Positions 32,989 through 45,951 of a stretch of DNA of 64,000 nt are shown piece by piece. A program made the position numbers and the translations under genes. Origin of the DNA: Ascoidea asiatica JCM 7603 (taxonomy: Eukaryota > Fungi > Ascomycota); NCBI GenBank assembly GCA_001600695.1, contig BCKQ01000002.1, forward strand, positions 1,902,258 to 1,966,257, read 5' to 3'. The number at the start of each line of letters is the position of its first letter. Position 1 is the first letter of the stretch. The notes below the pieces were generated by a model, which made no database searches, was not told where the DNA came from, and was given only the letters and a program-made list of their open reading frames with translations.

Positions 32989-34664
32989 TTGTATTTGTAT
33001 TTGTATTTGTATTTGTAATTGTGATCGTGATCGTGATTGCTATTTTTATTGAAGAGTGTTTATGTATTTGTTGTTACTGTTGTAATATAATATTGAATAT
33101 TGAATATTGAATATGGATAATAATAATTATAAATTAGAATAAATTAAATTAAAAAACCGTTTAAAGTGGAAATTTTAAACATATTTATATTATAACTAAG
33201 ATTAATTGAATTGAGTTGAATTAAATTGAATTGTAATTGAAATCAAATTTGAAATATAAAATTTTTTTTTTCTTTTATTGTTTGAGAGATTAAATCAATC
33301 AATTTAGGATCATTTCTATAGAGAAAAAGTAAGTTTAGTTGAGAAATAAACTATTATAGTACTGTACAGTATATTACTACCATAGTAGTATTACTAGTAT
33401 TACTAGTATTACTAGTATTAGTTGTAATAAGTAATAAAGTATTATGAGACTAAAATAGTATGATAAGTAAATTAAACGTCACAAATTTTAATTAACTAAA
33501 GTAATATTAATACTATTAAAGATAAAGAAAATGAAAAAAAAGCCATACGAAATTGAATTTTAGTTATAAATTTGAATCTGCCGAAAAATTGAATTGAAAT
33601 TGTGAAATATTTAAAAGTATTTAAAAGTATTTAAGGTGTAAAAAGAAAAGTAGCTTAATTACATAAGAAATATAAGAATAAAGTGAAATAATAAAATAAT
33701 ATATGAAAGAAGCATATAAAGTTACTGATAAGGATGGCTCATACTCTGACAGCGGCGAAAATCAGAACTCAAACAGCGCACATGTATAATAACTATAAAT
33801 GGGATATATCTTTACAAAAAAGTATACTTGTTCACTAAACACCCGCTGTAGCTGAACTAGTTTTAAGAAAATGCATTTTTTGGTTCTGGTGAAAGTGAAG
33901 TGTCTGCATGGTGGGCATGTGGCATGAGCCGGGGTGAAAATGGTTTGGCGTGAAAAACGCAGGTTTTTGGTAACTCGAACAGCAAAAAGATCCCAAAGAA
34001 AAATCAGCCATTTTTAAAATGTGAATATGCAATTCCAAGAGCTCACAGTTCTTAAAGCTGTTCTTGGATTTCTGAAGTTCTTAGTAGGTTTGAAGCTTTT
34101 TTCAATTTCAGCCGAAATGGAAGTGCAATTTCTCTGATCAATTTCAGATAAACCTCGAAAATTGGATTACAAGAACCAATTTAGTTATTGGTTATCTTTA
34201 TAAGGGGTTTAGATATGCATTTGTGTGAAAATGCATAAAAAGGGTTGATGACTGACACATCAGAAAGAAAACAAAAACAAAAAAACGTTCAAAAGAAGGA
34301 TCAACTCGGTACCTTCGACTTTCAAAAGAATTGTAAATTCCAGAAGCCAATACCAGAGAAGAAGAAATGAAATGAGGCCTGGGACTGCTGGGATTTCAAA
34401 GATTTCAAAGATTTCAAAGATTTCTGGATTTTCGGCGAGCCACAAACACAGACAGCATGCGGACTGCGGCCAGGCAGCGCATGAGATAGCACTAGGAGCA
34501 GGAGCGCGCAACCAACGACGAATCAAGCAAAAAAGAGCGTGGAGAAATCTGCTGACAGAAAAAAAAATGCAACCTCAAAAGACATGTGATAATGGTTAAA
34601 GCCATTAATTTTCAGCAAATAGATGGTATCATATATGCTCACTAGAAAAGCAACTAACGTTTTA

Positions 34665-34744
34665 GGCAACGTGGCCGAGTGGTTAAGGCGAAAGATTAGA
34701 AATCTTTTGGGTTTACCCGCGCAGGTTCGAGTCCTGCCGTTGTC

Positions 34745-34745
<1 letters not shown>
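34665..34745 (+). tRNA. tRNA-Ser, anticodon AGA
   Basis: GGCAACGTGGCCGAGTGGTTAAGGCGAAAGATTAGAAATCTTTTGGGTTTACCCGCGCAGGTTCGAGTCCTGCCGTTGTCG: long variable arm, poly-T terminator. Confidence 0.97.
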
Positions 34746-34775
<30 letters not shown>

Positions 34776-34903
34776 TCTTTCTTTTTTCTTTCCTTTTTTA
34801 TTCATGATTAAATAATTGAAACTTTTCTTTATTTACTTAATGTATATTTATTATTATTTACAGAATGCATTATTTATAGAGAAAAATATTAGATTCCAAG
34901 AAT

Positions 34904-35670
34904 TCAATTAATGAGATTTATACCTGGTTTAGTTCCTTTAACAACTCCAATTAAATATTTTTTACCAATTTTTTTGATCATTTCATCATCATGTAACATT
35001 GAAAAAGTTTTTGTTGCATCTCTTCCACCATATGATAATAATGCTTCTTTCCCACCAGGATGTAAATTAAAAAATTTATTAACTTCAAAAACAAAATTTT
35101 TAATGATTATCCAGCAACTTTCTTCTTTTGAATGTTTATAAATTTCTTCAATTGAAATTTCATTTTTTAAAATTTTATTTAAAATTTCATTTTCTTCATT
35201 TGAAATTTTTTCTTTAGAAATAATAATATTTTTATTTTCTAAATTTGATTTTGTTTTAACTTTTTCATTTTTTTCATTAATTTCATCATTATCATTATGG
35301 TTATCATTATGGTTATCATTATGGTTATCATTATGGTTATCATTATCATACATTGATAATCTTTCTAATAAATATTTAGTTGCTGATTTTCCTGCAATTC
35401 TTCCAAAACAAACACATGTTAATAATCCTGATCCACCTAATCTATTCTCACCATGAATATTTCCAATTATTTCACCTGCTGCAAATATTCCATTCATTAT
35501 TTTCTCATTTTCTTTTAAAATAACTCTTGAATTTTCATCAATTTTAATACCTCCCATTGTATAATGAATAACTCGAGTAATTATTGAAACATCAAATTCA
35601 TCATCAATACTAAATTTCTCAGGAAATATACTTTTACCAAATTTATCAATTGTTCTTATCTTTTTATTCC

Positions 35671-35709
<39 letters not shown>

Positions 35710-36250
35710 AAGTTATTTTTTTCTTTTCATTTAATGAATATTCATAACATTTATTATAATTTTTAAATTCTTTTTTTAAAATTTCTAAATCACATCCAAT
35801 ATATTTACTTAATTCTTTACCATTTTTAAAATTTTTCATTAAAAATTTATTTTTATAATTTTTTATATGATATGGTAATTTATTTGAAATTTTTTTATTT
35901 AAAATTAAATAAATTTTACCTAACTTTTCAAAATTCTTCATTTTCTCACAAATATAATCTCTTGTACCTAATTCATTAACAAATCTTTTTCCTTTATAAT
36001 TTAAAATTATTGCTCCTTCTCCTCTTAATGCTTCTCCTGCTAAAAATTTAAATTTACAATTTATATTATTTGGATCAATTAATCCTGTTGGATGAATTTG
36101 AACTTTATCTAAATCAATTCCAATTCCACCAGCTTTTAATATTAATTTATGTCCATCTCCTGTAGCATGTTTTCCATTACTTGTAGATAAATTTAAAAGA
36201 TCTGGTCTATATTTATTTAATAACGATTCATAATTATTTTTTTCTTCTTT

Positions 36251-36300
<50 letters not shown>

Positions 36301-36999
36301 AATCTGCTGCATATCCACCTGTAGCTAAAATAACCGGTCCAATTAATTTAATTTCTTTACCAAATCTTTCAAATATAACTCCTGGATTTGGTAATGTTAA
36401 TAATTCAATTACTTTTGAATTTGTTAAAATTAAACATTTTTCATAATTTTCTTCAGAAATTTGAATTAATTTTTCATATAATGTATATGTAATTTCCATT
36501 CCAGGAAATTTTAAATTATTTGAACGATGTGTTCTTGGTACTGAATGTCCACCTAAAATTGATAATTTATTTAAATTTAAATTAAAATTTTCTTCTAACC
36601 AATTTAAATTCTTATTACTATTACACACTAATTTATATAATAATTTAAAATCATTTTTACCCTTTGAAGATTTCAATGAATCTTTTAAAAAAATTTTATT
36701 TGAATCTTTTAAATTTAAATCTAATTGATATTTTGATCCTGATGCATTTATTCCTGATGTCGCTTTTATTGAATTTCCTCCAAAAAATGAACTTTTATCT
36801 AAAATAATTATATTTGAACCATTCATTAAACATTGATGAGCTGCTACAATTCCTGCTAAACCACCTCCAACGATTATAATCTATTAAAAAACAAAATTAA
36901 AGTTAGATATTTGAAATTTTCCAATAAAATATATTTGAATGTAAGAAAATAATTACATACTGGATTCTTCGGAAATTTTATATTCTCTTCAATTGTCAT
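34904..36999 (-). CDS. Soluble fumarate reductase (Frd1/Osm1-like flavoprotein) with C-terminal cytochrome b5 domain; exons 36999-36961 and 36880-34904 (about 671 aa)
   Basis: Exon 1 MTIEENIKFPKNP; intron 36960-36881 (GTATGT...ATCTAAC...TAG). Exon 2 restores IIIVGGGLAG (FAD-binding GxGxxG), then GGNSIKATSGIN, GGHSVPRTH, QIHPTG, EALRGEG, HYTMGG, HGENRLGG. The b5 domain is CWIII...HPGG...GRDAT..F..LH. Confidence 0.9.
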
Positions 37000-38026
37000 T
37001 ATAATGTAGATTATAGTATATTTAAAGTTAAAATAATTGATATATTTATAATATAATTGAATTGATTAACATATTTCTATTATTGCTGAATAATTGAAGG
37101 AATCTCAATGCTTTTAAAACTCGTATCAAAAAACATTTTGGAAGAAAATCATTTGAATAAAAATTGTAAGAACTCTAGAAAAAATTATCATTAGAAATTT
37201 CATTGAAAATATTAACTAGAAAATTTTATGTTTTTGTATTTACCAATAGCCAATACTCAAAAAGACAGTTAAACAGGTTAAAATATTCAAGAATAGAAAT
37301 ATTCTATTAAAACCCTCCCTTGTGAGCAAATATTTAAAAGAATAAGCTTAAAATGGGATGAAAAGTCAGATGAATTGTATGCTTTTGAAGAATTAATCGT
37401 TGAATTTTGGTATACTTTGGAATATTTTCATATTTCTATACAAGAATATTATAATTTTAGAATAATATTTATTTGCAGAAAGCAGAAAGGAAACCCTCAT
37501 TTCTGGCTTTGAACTACAAAAAAAAAAAAGCTTTTATGCAGGTATACATATTAATGCAGTAACAAGCAGACAAAAACAGAAAATCCGTGTTTGTGGTACT
37601 GATTATGTAATCCATTAGCTAATGGCATTTTTTTAATCGGGAATTCGGGTAAACAACGGCTTTGAACGGGTTTTAGCGCTTTTTTATTTTATTGAAGAGA
37701 ATTTGGATAAAAAGAGCAAATCTGATTACAATTTGAAAAAAATATTTCAATCTTTACCTTTACAGTAGTACTTAAAATAGAGTAATATAAAACTGACTAA
37801 GAATGAATTCTCTGATTAAGTTAAAATTGACTATATTATCAGGAATATCATTAGCTCACTACTATCTAAATCAAGTAATTTTAATATCTTCAATGGAAAA
37901 TCAGCATTTTACAAGTTAATATTTTAAACAGTACCGTTTTCAAAATTTTTTTATCAATTTTTTTTTAATCAATTTGAAAAAGACATTAATAATTTTTTTG
38001 AATTTCTTCCAAAAAGGTAGAAAAAC

Positions 38027-41000
38027 ATGTCTTCGATTGATAGTTCAAACAAGAATGATTTCAGAAATAATATAATTCATAATGATCAGATATTGGTTAC
38101 TGAATTCAATTTATCTAATATAATTAAGTTTTTGAATTTCAAAAATGACATAGATTCAAATATTATTGCAAGTTCAAACTCAATAATAGATTCAACTTCT
38201 TCATCATATTATACAAATAATAATATAATTCCGGATAAAAGTATTCAAAATAATAATAATTCAATTAATAATGAGAATAAGGAAAATATTAATATTATAG
38301 ATTACAATATAAATTCCAATTTTGGTTTCAAATTACTTAAACATCATGTAAAGATATATGAAAGTTTAAAAAAATTAATTTCAGATTATGATTTCAATAA
38401 TCCTTTAAACAGTGTTGAAATCAATGAAAATGATGATATACAGAATTCTGAAACTGAATTAGATATCTCAAACCCAAATGATCTCAGATCAGAAATAAAG
38501 AATGAACTTGAAGATTTACGATTTAGCCGATATAACCGTAATGGGAGTTCCAATAAAAATAATAATAAAACTAAAATTTTTAATCAAAAGGACTATAACA
38601 AAAAAAACAGTAATAATGAAATTGATTTTAATAATGTAAATATAAATAATCTTCATGAAAATGATTCTGAAATCACTAATAATAACATTTTGGATACGGT
38701 AGATAACAATGATGCTCAACAAATAAAAGTTGAAGATGTTGATATTGAGAGTTTAAGTAGTGGCAATTTAAAGGGTGATGTTTTTGATAATGATACTCCT
38801 GATATCGATGACCAGGAAACTATTACTAATATCACCAGTTCAAGATCCTCGAATAATATGAATATGTCCAACAATAATAGCCAAAATATAATTGAAAAGC
38901 TGAAGTTATCAGAAAAGGTTAACTTCTTTTTCGATGATGATTTTATTATGAAACCGATTGATCTTAAAAATTTAAAGCCTTCAATTAATATTAAAGGTAG
39001 AAAAAGGAAAGCTTCAATCAAAGCTAAGAATCAAAAGCCAGATAAAAATAAGAATAGAAATGTGAAAAGTATCCAGCCGAGTACCACCACTTCGAACAAG
39101 AAAAGAAAATTCACCAGTAAAACCTCGAAAACCATTAATAGTACTATAATTTTTAAGGAACCCGAATTAAAAAATAAAGAAGAGAGGCAAATCTCAGAAA
39201 ATATCGAAAGTGTCAGTGAAATTGAACAGACAGATAATATCATACCTATTGAATATGATGAATCAGATTTGGAAGATATTTGCGAGATTGAGAATAAGTT
39301 TCCAATACAAACTATTTCCACAAACCAAGGGTTTGAATTGGATCAACAATCTAATAATCTACAAGAAATTGACTCAACTAATTTTTTAATAGAAGTTCAT
39401 TCCAAAGTTTTGAAATATAGAAAAAAAATTAATAATAAAAATTTAAAGACTTTTACTTTAGAGTCTTTAAGATTATTCTCTTTTGAAATAAACAAGGAAA
39501 ATTATAATCAAATTTCTAATCATCTATCTTTGATTAATTCGGACTTAAAGTTTCGTTCTCAATCACAATCCAGGAATCAAAATCCCAATGAACTGAATAG
39601 CACCAGTAGTAATACTTTAAATATAGAATCATTGCTTGATTTTTTTCCTCCTACTTTGAATTTATCCTTAACAGAATTAAGTAATGATTATCATAATGAT
39701 AAAGAAAATGAGAATGATGAAAATGATGTTAATTCATTTCAAATCAATATAAGTATAAATTATAAGATTAACTTGATTGTAAACAATAATTTTAATAATC
39801 TAATTTCAAATTCAAACAATTTTATAAAAATAGATACTTTGTTCAATTTATATTCTGTTTTCGAGAAAAATAATTTTATTTCTTATAATGATGCTAATCT
39901 GAAAATAGATAATTTTAGCAATTTGGTTGAAGATATATCATGTAACTTGTATTATATTTATCCTTTTTTGAATTATTTGAGCAAAAGCTCATATAACCGG
40001 ATTCTTTTGGATCTCAAAAAATCTTTGACCGAAAAATCAAAAAATAGTTCAATATTCTCAAATTTAAATAAAAAAAAAGCTTCCTTTATCACTCCTCATT
40101 ACTTTTATACTTTAATAACAGAATATACAAGGAATTTAAATTTCAATGCGAATGATAATAACTTCAAAAGATATTTTACAAAATTAATTCAGAATTTAGA
40201 GCAAGATTCGTTAGTATTAGATTTGGATGCAGATTTATTCAATTTTCAAAAAAGGACTTTATTGTGGCTATTAAATAATGAAAATATGCTTTACAATTTT
40301 AATACAAATAAAATTGAATCCTCTAAATTCTTCAAGGATGATTTCTTCAAGATTAAAAAAAAAATAAGCTCACACTCTTTTACAAAACAACTACTGAAAA
40401 AAGAGCAAGTTCATTTTGAAAATACTAAACCGTCAAAAAAGCAAGTTCATGTGGAAAAAGTTTATTATAATTATCATTATATTCTTTACTTATTAAACAA
40501 AATTTCTTTTGGCTGGATTCGGCTAAATTTTGATATATTAGATAAAAGATTAACTATACCACCGCAAAATAATTTAGCTGAGCCTTCATTTTTAGATCCA
40601 TTCCCACCCTATAGATACTATTGGTACAATAAATTTACTGGAAATTTGTTCAGCTCTGAGACAATATTGGCATTTTTGACTGGAACTTATAATACTACTT
40701 TAAACCTTCAAAATGACCAATATAGTGGCTTTTTGAGGCCTGGATTGTATGCTCAAAATTTATTATCCGAAGAAATGGGGTTAGGTAAAACTCTTGAATT
40801 AATTTCTCTAATTTCGTTAAACAAAAGATTGGACTTACCCATTTACGAATACAAGGATTATCACAATTTAACAATAAATTATAATTTGGAATCAAATAAC
40901 GATAATTTTGAAGGAAATGAAAGATATGCCTATGATTCAACCTTGGGTAGATTTGTCTTAAAGTCCAAAACAACTTTGATTATCTGTCCAGAATCAATTT

Positions 41001-44000
41001 TGTCGCAATGGGTTGAGGAAATTTTCAAATACTCCACCAACTTGAAAGTTTTAAACTATGAGGGCTTGAAAGAATTCTACAAACAGCTATTGGAACAAGA
41101 TTTGTTGAATAAAAAAAAAAAATCTAACAAAAATTGTAATGCAAATAGTTCACATACTCATCATAGCAATACAGAACTGGATGCAGAGAATAAAACCGAA
41201 TGTAATGATATTACTACTCAAAAATATCTAATCAATCATTTAGAAACTCTTGACAAAAATCGCGTTGCTTATGAGCTTGCCCAGTATGATATTGCTATAA
41301 CTTCATATCAATGTGTTTCAAAAGAACTTCACTTTGCTTTGTATAATCCAAATTTAAGAAATACTAGAAGTAGAACTAATAACGAAGAATCCTATAATTA
41401 TTTCTCGCCTTTGGTGCTTCTTCAATTTTGGAGACTTATTTTAGATGAAGTTCAAATGGTTTCTTCCAAATCTTCAAATCCCTCTAGAATAACTAAGATT
41501 ATCTCAAGATGTCACTCTTGGGGAGTTTCAGGTACACCAATAAAAAAGAATCTTCATGATTTATCACATTACCTTACTTTTTTAAGAAAAGAGCCTTTCT
41601 TGTCGAACGAAAAAGTTTGGGATCTTTTGATCAGTAATGCTGATGATTTTAGAAATCTCTCCATGAATCTAGCAATCAGACATGATAAAGCAATGGTTAG
41701 ATATGATATCTCATTACCTGTCCAAGAAAGAATATTATTAACAGTTTCTTTTTCTCCGATCGAGCAAAATAATTATGAACATTTATATAAGCAATTCTTG
41801 ACTTCGGTTTCTTTGAATATTAAAGGAGAACCTATTGTCGATGACTGGGAGCCAAATTCAATTATCCATTCTCGAATGTCTGAGTGGTTAGTACGATTGA
41901 GGCAAACTTGTTGTCATGCAAATATGGGAAGAAATAAGCAGACTAAATCTTCAAGTATTAAAACTCTCGATCAACTTCTTGTGGATCTTCTAGATGATGT
42001 AAGAAGTAAGGTCAACACATTAGAAAGAGATGAAATCAATTTAGTTTTTGAAAGAGCATGTATAAAAGAGTTCTTGAATAAATCTATGGAGTTCAAAAAT
42101 ATTGTAATGGAATATTATAGTTCTATAAAAAGGAAAATTGAGAAGACCACTAAAGAACTTTCTATCTTGGAAAAGTGGAAACAGGAGAGAGAGGAATTAG
42201 ATGTTTCTTTGGAAGAATCTAATTCCTCTCGTGATGTAGAAATTGATGAGGATGACTACATTGTCAGGTCAAAAGCAAGGTTAAGATCATGGTATGAGGC
42301 TTTACACAAATATTATTTTATGATAGGTTCTGCTCATTTCCAAATAGCGAATGATATTGCTAAAAAGGGCAAGTTTGAGGCAAAAGATTTAGAAGATCTA
42401 GTTAAATGTAGTATTCCCGTATCTGAAGCTGATGAAAATGATGATCAATCGATTTCTAAGAACAATTATGTCAGAAATAAAAAACTCGAAAATTTATATT
42501 ATAGCAAAGCTGAAATGATTAGAGATGATTTGCTTTTAGAGCAAACGAATCTAGTAGAAGAAGGGATAAAAAAACTCAAGAAAAAGAATTTGAAAATAGA
42601 CTTTCCACAAATTGATGTCACGCTCTTTGCAACAGCAAATATACCGAAAATAACGAACTTAAATCTTAGAATCCACTTCAATTATGTTTTTAGAGTTATT
42701 GATGAACTGAATATACAAGGAAAAAAAATAACTGAATGGATCAAAGAATTAAAAACTATCTTAATGACTGGAGCTCTTGACTATAAAAGTAAAGGTGATG
42801 AATATGCTGAATCATTAATCGATCAAGATAAGTCTTTTTATTTATTCAAAGTTATTGAAAAAGCGATTATGCATAGAAGTGTATTGATTCAAGGTAGATC
42901 GCAGTTTTTGCCCTCTAGTTTTGCAGGGACGCTTTTTAATGAGCCCATAATGCTTGATATTAAAGTGAAAAAAGCAGAAGATGAAAATGATATAATTAAT
43001 ACCTTCAAAGAGAATTTAGAAAAATCTTTGAAAAAGATCACTCCTTCTATTTGTTTATCTAACGACTTTTTAAATTTATCAGTAAAGGCATTAATTATTA
43101 AATCCAAATCTTTTGAAAATAGGGATAATCATGAAGTTTTAACAAAAACAGAAATTAAGGAAGTAAGCTTATTATATACCAAATTAAATAAATTCTATCG
43201 GCAAGAGAACTCAGTTTTAGAAAGTTTTAAAAAGCAAGTTTTTCAAAGCTTCAATACTTTGCATAATATAAAAGCTCAATATTATGCTCAATTACAAGTA
43301 ATATCGGACAGTGTTCAAGACGCTGATATGAATAAATATAAGGGAAGATTTGTAAAAGACGATATAAAGGATATGAAAATTGAGGATAAATTATCTATTC
43401 TTGATAAAGCAGAAGAAAATATAGTTCAAAAAATAGAGCATATAAAAACTAAAATTTCTAAAAACAAAGGTAGAGTTCAATATTTAGAAACATTGAGCGA
43501 GAAGCATTTAGCTGTTTCAGAATCAAGAAAAGAAAACAAAGAAACAGAAAATGAAAGAATTTGTATTATATGCCGAAGTAGTATTACTATTGGTGTTTTA
43601 ACTGAATGTGGTCATCAATATTGTAATGATTGTTTAGATTTATGGTTAAAAAATCATAGAACCTGTCCAATTTGTAAACGACAAATAATCAAAAGTAATA
43701 TTTATAATTTTACATTCCCAAGGCGAAGTTTGAAAGTTAATTTAATCCCTAATTCAAATGTTACTGCTGATGAAAATCATAGTAGTCAAAATTTCAATAT
43801 TAATGGTACTAAAAATTCTAATGATAAAACAAGTCAGTTAACTTTATATAATAGAGTGGAAGATGAAAAATTAAAAGAAATCAATAATTTAAGTCTTAAT
43901 TCCAAATATAGATATGGATCAAAAGTTGATATAATAATTAAATTGATATTATATTTGAAATCTAAAGATGAAAATGTTCAAATTGTCATTTTTTCTCAAT

Positions 44001-44632
44001 GGGAAGAATTCCTAACAATAATTTCAAACGGATTAAGGCATAATAAGATAAAATTTTTAGGATCAAAGTTTCTAGGTAATATCAATGGATTTAAAAGAGG
44101 AAAAAATTCAATGACATCTTCCAATATAAGTCTATTCAAAAATGATTCTTCCATTACATGTTTTCTATTGAATGCAAAAGCCCAGTCATCAGGATTAACG
44201 TTGGTTAATGCTACTCATGTATTTTTATGTGAGCCTTTAGTTAATACTTCTTTAGAATTACAGGCAATTAATAGAATTCATAGAATTGGACAAGAAAAAC
44301 GTACTACAGTTTGGATGTTTGCAATTGCTGGAAGTGTTGAAGAATCTATTGTTAAATTGTCAACTAAAAAAAGATTGATGACTTTAAGTAAGTCCACTAA
44401 AGAAAAAAGTAAGGGAAAAAGTGAGGAACCTTTACTTGAAGAATACGAAGAAACTGAAGAAAGTGATGACAGCTTAAATGAAAACAGCAATGATGATTCT
44501 GAGAAGGAAATGTTTAAAGACTTAATTGAAAGTGAAGAAATGATGGAAAGCACCAACAACATGCTCGAGAAATCAGTCAAGGGAGGTGAAATTGTTCCTT
44601 CTGGAGATCTTTGGGAAGCTTTTTTTCTGTGA
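38027..44632 (+). CDS. IRC20: SNF2-family ATPase / RING E3 ligase (Irc20/SHPRH-like)
   Basis: LSEEMGLGKTLE, TTLIICPESILSQW..EI, FWRLILDEVQMV, WGVSGTP, LVRLRQTCCH, RING CIIC...CGHQYCNDC..W....TCPIC, HELICc SGLTLVNATHVFLCEPLVN..LELQAINRIHRIGQ. Confidence 0.9.
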   Translation: MSSIDSSNKNDFRNNIIHNDQILVTEFNLSNIIKFLNFKNDIDSNIIASSNSIIDSTSSSYYTNNNIIPDKSIQNNNNSINNENKENINIIDYNINSNFGFKLLKHHVKIYESLKKLISDYDFNNPLNSVEINENDDIQNSETELDISNPNDLRSEIKNELEDLRFSRYNRNGSSNKNNNKTKIFNQKDYNKKNSNNEIDFNNVNINNLHENDSEITNNNILDTVDNNDAQQIKVEDVDIESLSSGNLKGDVFDNDTPDIDDQETITNITSSRSSNNMNMSNNNSQNIIEKLKLSEKVNFFFDDDFIMKPIDLKNLKPSINIKGRKRKASIKAKNQKPDKNKNRNVKSIQPSTTTSNKKRKFTSKTSKTINSTIIFKEPELKNKEERQISENIESVSEIEQTDNIIPIEYDESDLEDICEIENKFPIQTISTNQGFELDQQSNNLQEIDSTNFLIEVHSKVLKYRKKINNKNLKTFTLESLRLFSFEINKENYNQISNHLSLINSDLKFRSQSQSRNQNPNELNSTSSNTLNIESLLDFFPPTLNLSLTELSNDYHNDKENENDENDVNSFQINISINYKINLIVNNNFNNLISNSNNFIKIDTLFNLYSVFEKNNFISYNDANLKIDNFSNLVEDISCNLYYIYPFLNYLSKSSYNRILLDLKKSLTEKSKNSSIFSNLNKKKASFITPHYFYTLITEYTRNLNFNANDNNFKRYFTKLIQNLEQDSLVLDLDADLFNFQKRTLLWLLNNENMLYNFNTNKIESSKFFKDDFFKIKKKISSHSFTKQLLKKEQVHFENTKPSKKQVHVEKVYYNYHYILYLLNKISFGWIRLNFDILDKRLTIPPQNNLAEPSFLDPFPPYRYYWYNKFTGNLFSSETILAFLTGTYNTTLNLQNDQYSGFLRPGLYAQNLLSEEMGLGKTLELISLISLNKRLDLPIYEYKDYHNLTINYNLESNNDNFEGNERYAYDSTLGRFVLKSKTTLIICPESILSQWVEEIFKYSTNLKVLNYEGLKEFYKQLLEQDLLNKKKKSNKNCNANSSHTHHSNTELDAENKTECNDITTQKYLINHLETLDKNRVAYELAQYDIAITSYQCVSKELHFALYNPNLRNTRSRTNNEESYNYFSPLVLLQFWRLILDEVQMVSSKSSNPSRITKIISRCHSWGVSGTPIKKNLHDLSHYLTFLRKEPFLSNEKVWDLLISNADDFRNLSMNLAIRHDKAMVRYDISLPVQERILLTVSFSPIEQNNYEHLYKQFLTSVSLNIKGEPIVDDWEPNSIIHSRMSEWLVRLRQTCCHANMGRNKQTKSSSIKTLDQLLVDLLDDVRSKVNTLERDEINLVFERACIKEFLNKSMEFKNIVMEYYSSIKRKIEKTTKELSILEKWKQEREELDVSLEESNSSRDVEIDEDDYIVRSKARLRSWYEALHKYYFMIGSAHFQIANDIAKKGKFEAKDLEDLVKCSIPVSEADENDDQSISKNNYVRNKKLENLYYSKAEMIRDDLLLEQTNLVEEGIKKLKKKNLKIDFPQIDVTLFATANIPKITNLNLRIHFNYVFRVIDELNIQGKKITEWIKELKTILMTGALDYKSKGDEYAESLIDQDKSFYLFKVIEKAIMHRSVLIQGRSQFLPSSFAGTLFNEPIMLDIKVKKAEDENDIINTFKENLEKSLKKITPSICLSNDFLNLSVKALIIKSKSFENRDNHEVLTKTEIKEVSLLYTKLNKFYRQENSVLESFKKQVFQSFNTLHNIKAQYYAQLQVISDSVQDADMNKYKGRFVKDDIKDMKIEDKLSILDKAEENIVQKIEHIKTKISKNKGRVQYLETLSEKHLAVSESRKENKETENERICIICRSSITIGVLTECGHQYCNDCLDLWLKNHRTCPICKRQIIKSNIYNFTFPRRSLKVNLIPNSNVTADENHSSQNFNINGTKNSNDKTSQLTLYNRVEDEKLKEINNLSLNSKYRYGSKVDIIIKLILYLKSKDENVQIVIFSQWEEFLTIISNGLRHNKIKFLGSKFLGNINGFKRGKNSMTSSNISLFKNDSSITCFLLNAKAQSSGLTLVNATHVFLCEPLVNTSLELQAINRIHRIGQEKRTTVWMFAIAGSVEESIVKLSTKKRLMTLSKSTKEKSKGKSEEPLLEEYEETEESDDSLNENSNDDSEKEMFKDLIESEEMMESTNNMLEKSVKGGEIVPSGDLWEAFFL

Positions 44633-44933
44633 CACCAGTGTTTGCGATGAAAATATGAACGGACAAATGCCTGCATTACAGGGATATTTTTATAGATATA
44701 AATTAATTTACGCTATTTTGTTTATCTAATTACCCGCTAGTTTTGAAATACATCGAAGTTTTGATTCTTGTTTGATCTAGAATATTCGCACGGTTTTCCG
44801 CTGTCTGTAAAAAGCTTTTTGTTTGTTTTTAAGCAGATTGAATTTTTATGTTCTAAATTAGCAAATATTTACAATCTTTATTCGAAAAGAAAACAATTGG
44901 TTTGCTTTTATTAATAGCTATTAAATAAATGAA

Positions 44934-45578
44934 ATGAATGTGCCCAAAGTCATTTTCAGAGAAACTTTGTTGCGAAGCTCATTTAAAAGATTTACTTTCA
45001 ATAGACTTAATGTAGGAATTATTTCGGTTATAAATCATAGACCTCAACTTTCTCAAAGTTGTTTGAATGAAGTGAGTAATTACTATGTTGGTGGAGGCCA
45101 GAACCGAAAGTTTTCTTCAAATTCTAGGATTCTAAATCAAGAAAATGATGAACTTAAAAATAATAAAATCAAAGGGAGTAAATTTGAGATTCCAAATCAA
45201 GAATTAATGTTAGCTTTTACCTGTAAAAAATGTTCTAAACGATCAAGCCATATTATCTCAAAACAAGGATATACCAAAGGCACTGTATTAGTTGAATGTC
45301 CTGGTTGCCATAATAGACATATAATTGCGGATCATTTAAAGATATTCAATGATAATCATATTACAATTGAAGATATTTTAAAAGTAAAAGGTGAAACTGT
45401 TTCAAAAAATACAAATGATTTAGTATTTGAAGAAATACCAGAAAGATTGAAGGGAATTTTAGGTAGATATGCAAATGATTCTCCTGAAAATATGAATAAG
45501 GTCAAAAATTTTCTTGAGAATGAAAAAGAATTTGGTGTGGATAAAAAATTTTTACCAAGTAATAAAAAAAAAATTTAA
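44934..45578 (+). CDS. ZIM17: Mitochondrial Hsp70 escort protein, DNL zinc finger
   Basis: Basic N-terminal presequence; LMLAFTCKKC..RSSHIISKQGYTKGTVLVECPGCHNRHIIADHLKIF. Confidence 0.93.
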   Translation: MNVPKVIFRETLLRSSFKRFTFNRLNVGIISVINHRPQLSQSCLNEVSNYYVGGGQNRKFSSNSRILNQENDELKNNKIKGSKFEIPNQELMLAFTCKKCSKRSSHIISKQGYTKGTVLVECPGCHNRHIIADHLKIFNDNHITIEDILKVKGETVSKNTNDLVFEEIPERLKGILGRYANDSPENMNKVKNFLENEKEFGVDKKFLPSNKKKI

Positions 45579-45951
45579 TTTAGCAAAATTTTCATTAAGA
45601 ATAGTTTCATCAAACGTAAATTACTTATAAGTATAAAAGTGACAAAAGTTTTGAAATCAGTAATTTCTACACCTAAAATTGAAAGAATGGGCTTTAATTT
45701 TTTTATTTTTTTGATTATCTGAAGCTCTTCAATGATTTATTAATATTTGAAAAAGTAAAGAATTTGATATTATAAATTAACAATATATAAAAATAAGATA
45801 AAAAATAAAATCATTTTGTAAATTTATAATATAAGTCATAGGAAAAGTAGAAATATGTTTAAGCCAAAATATAGCATAATTATTAGTGGATAAATATCAA
45901 AAAATCTATTCATATTCTTTATCTTCGCGATCTTCACTTTAAAGGTGACTA

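Noticed and set aside
34260-34811. ORFs around tRNA-Ser
   Set aside because: They overlap the tRNA and the GC-rich DUR3 upstream region.
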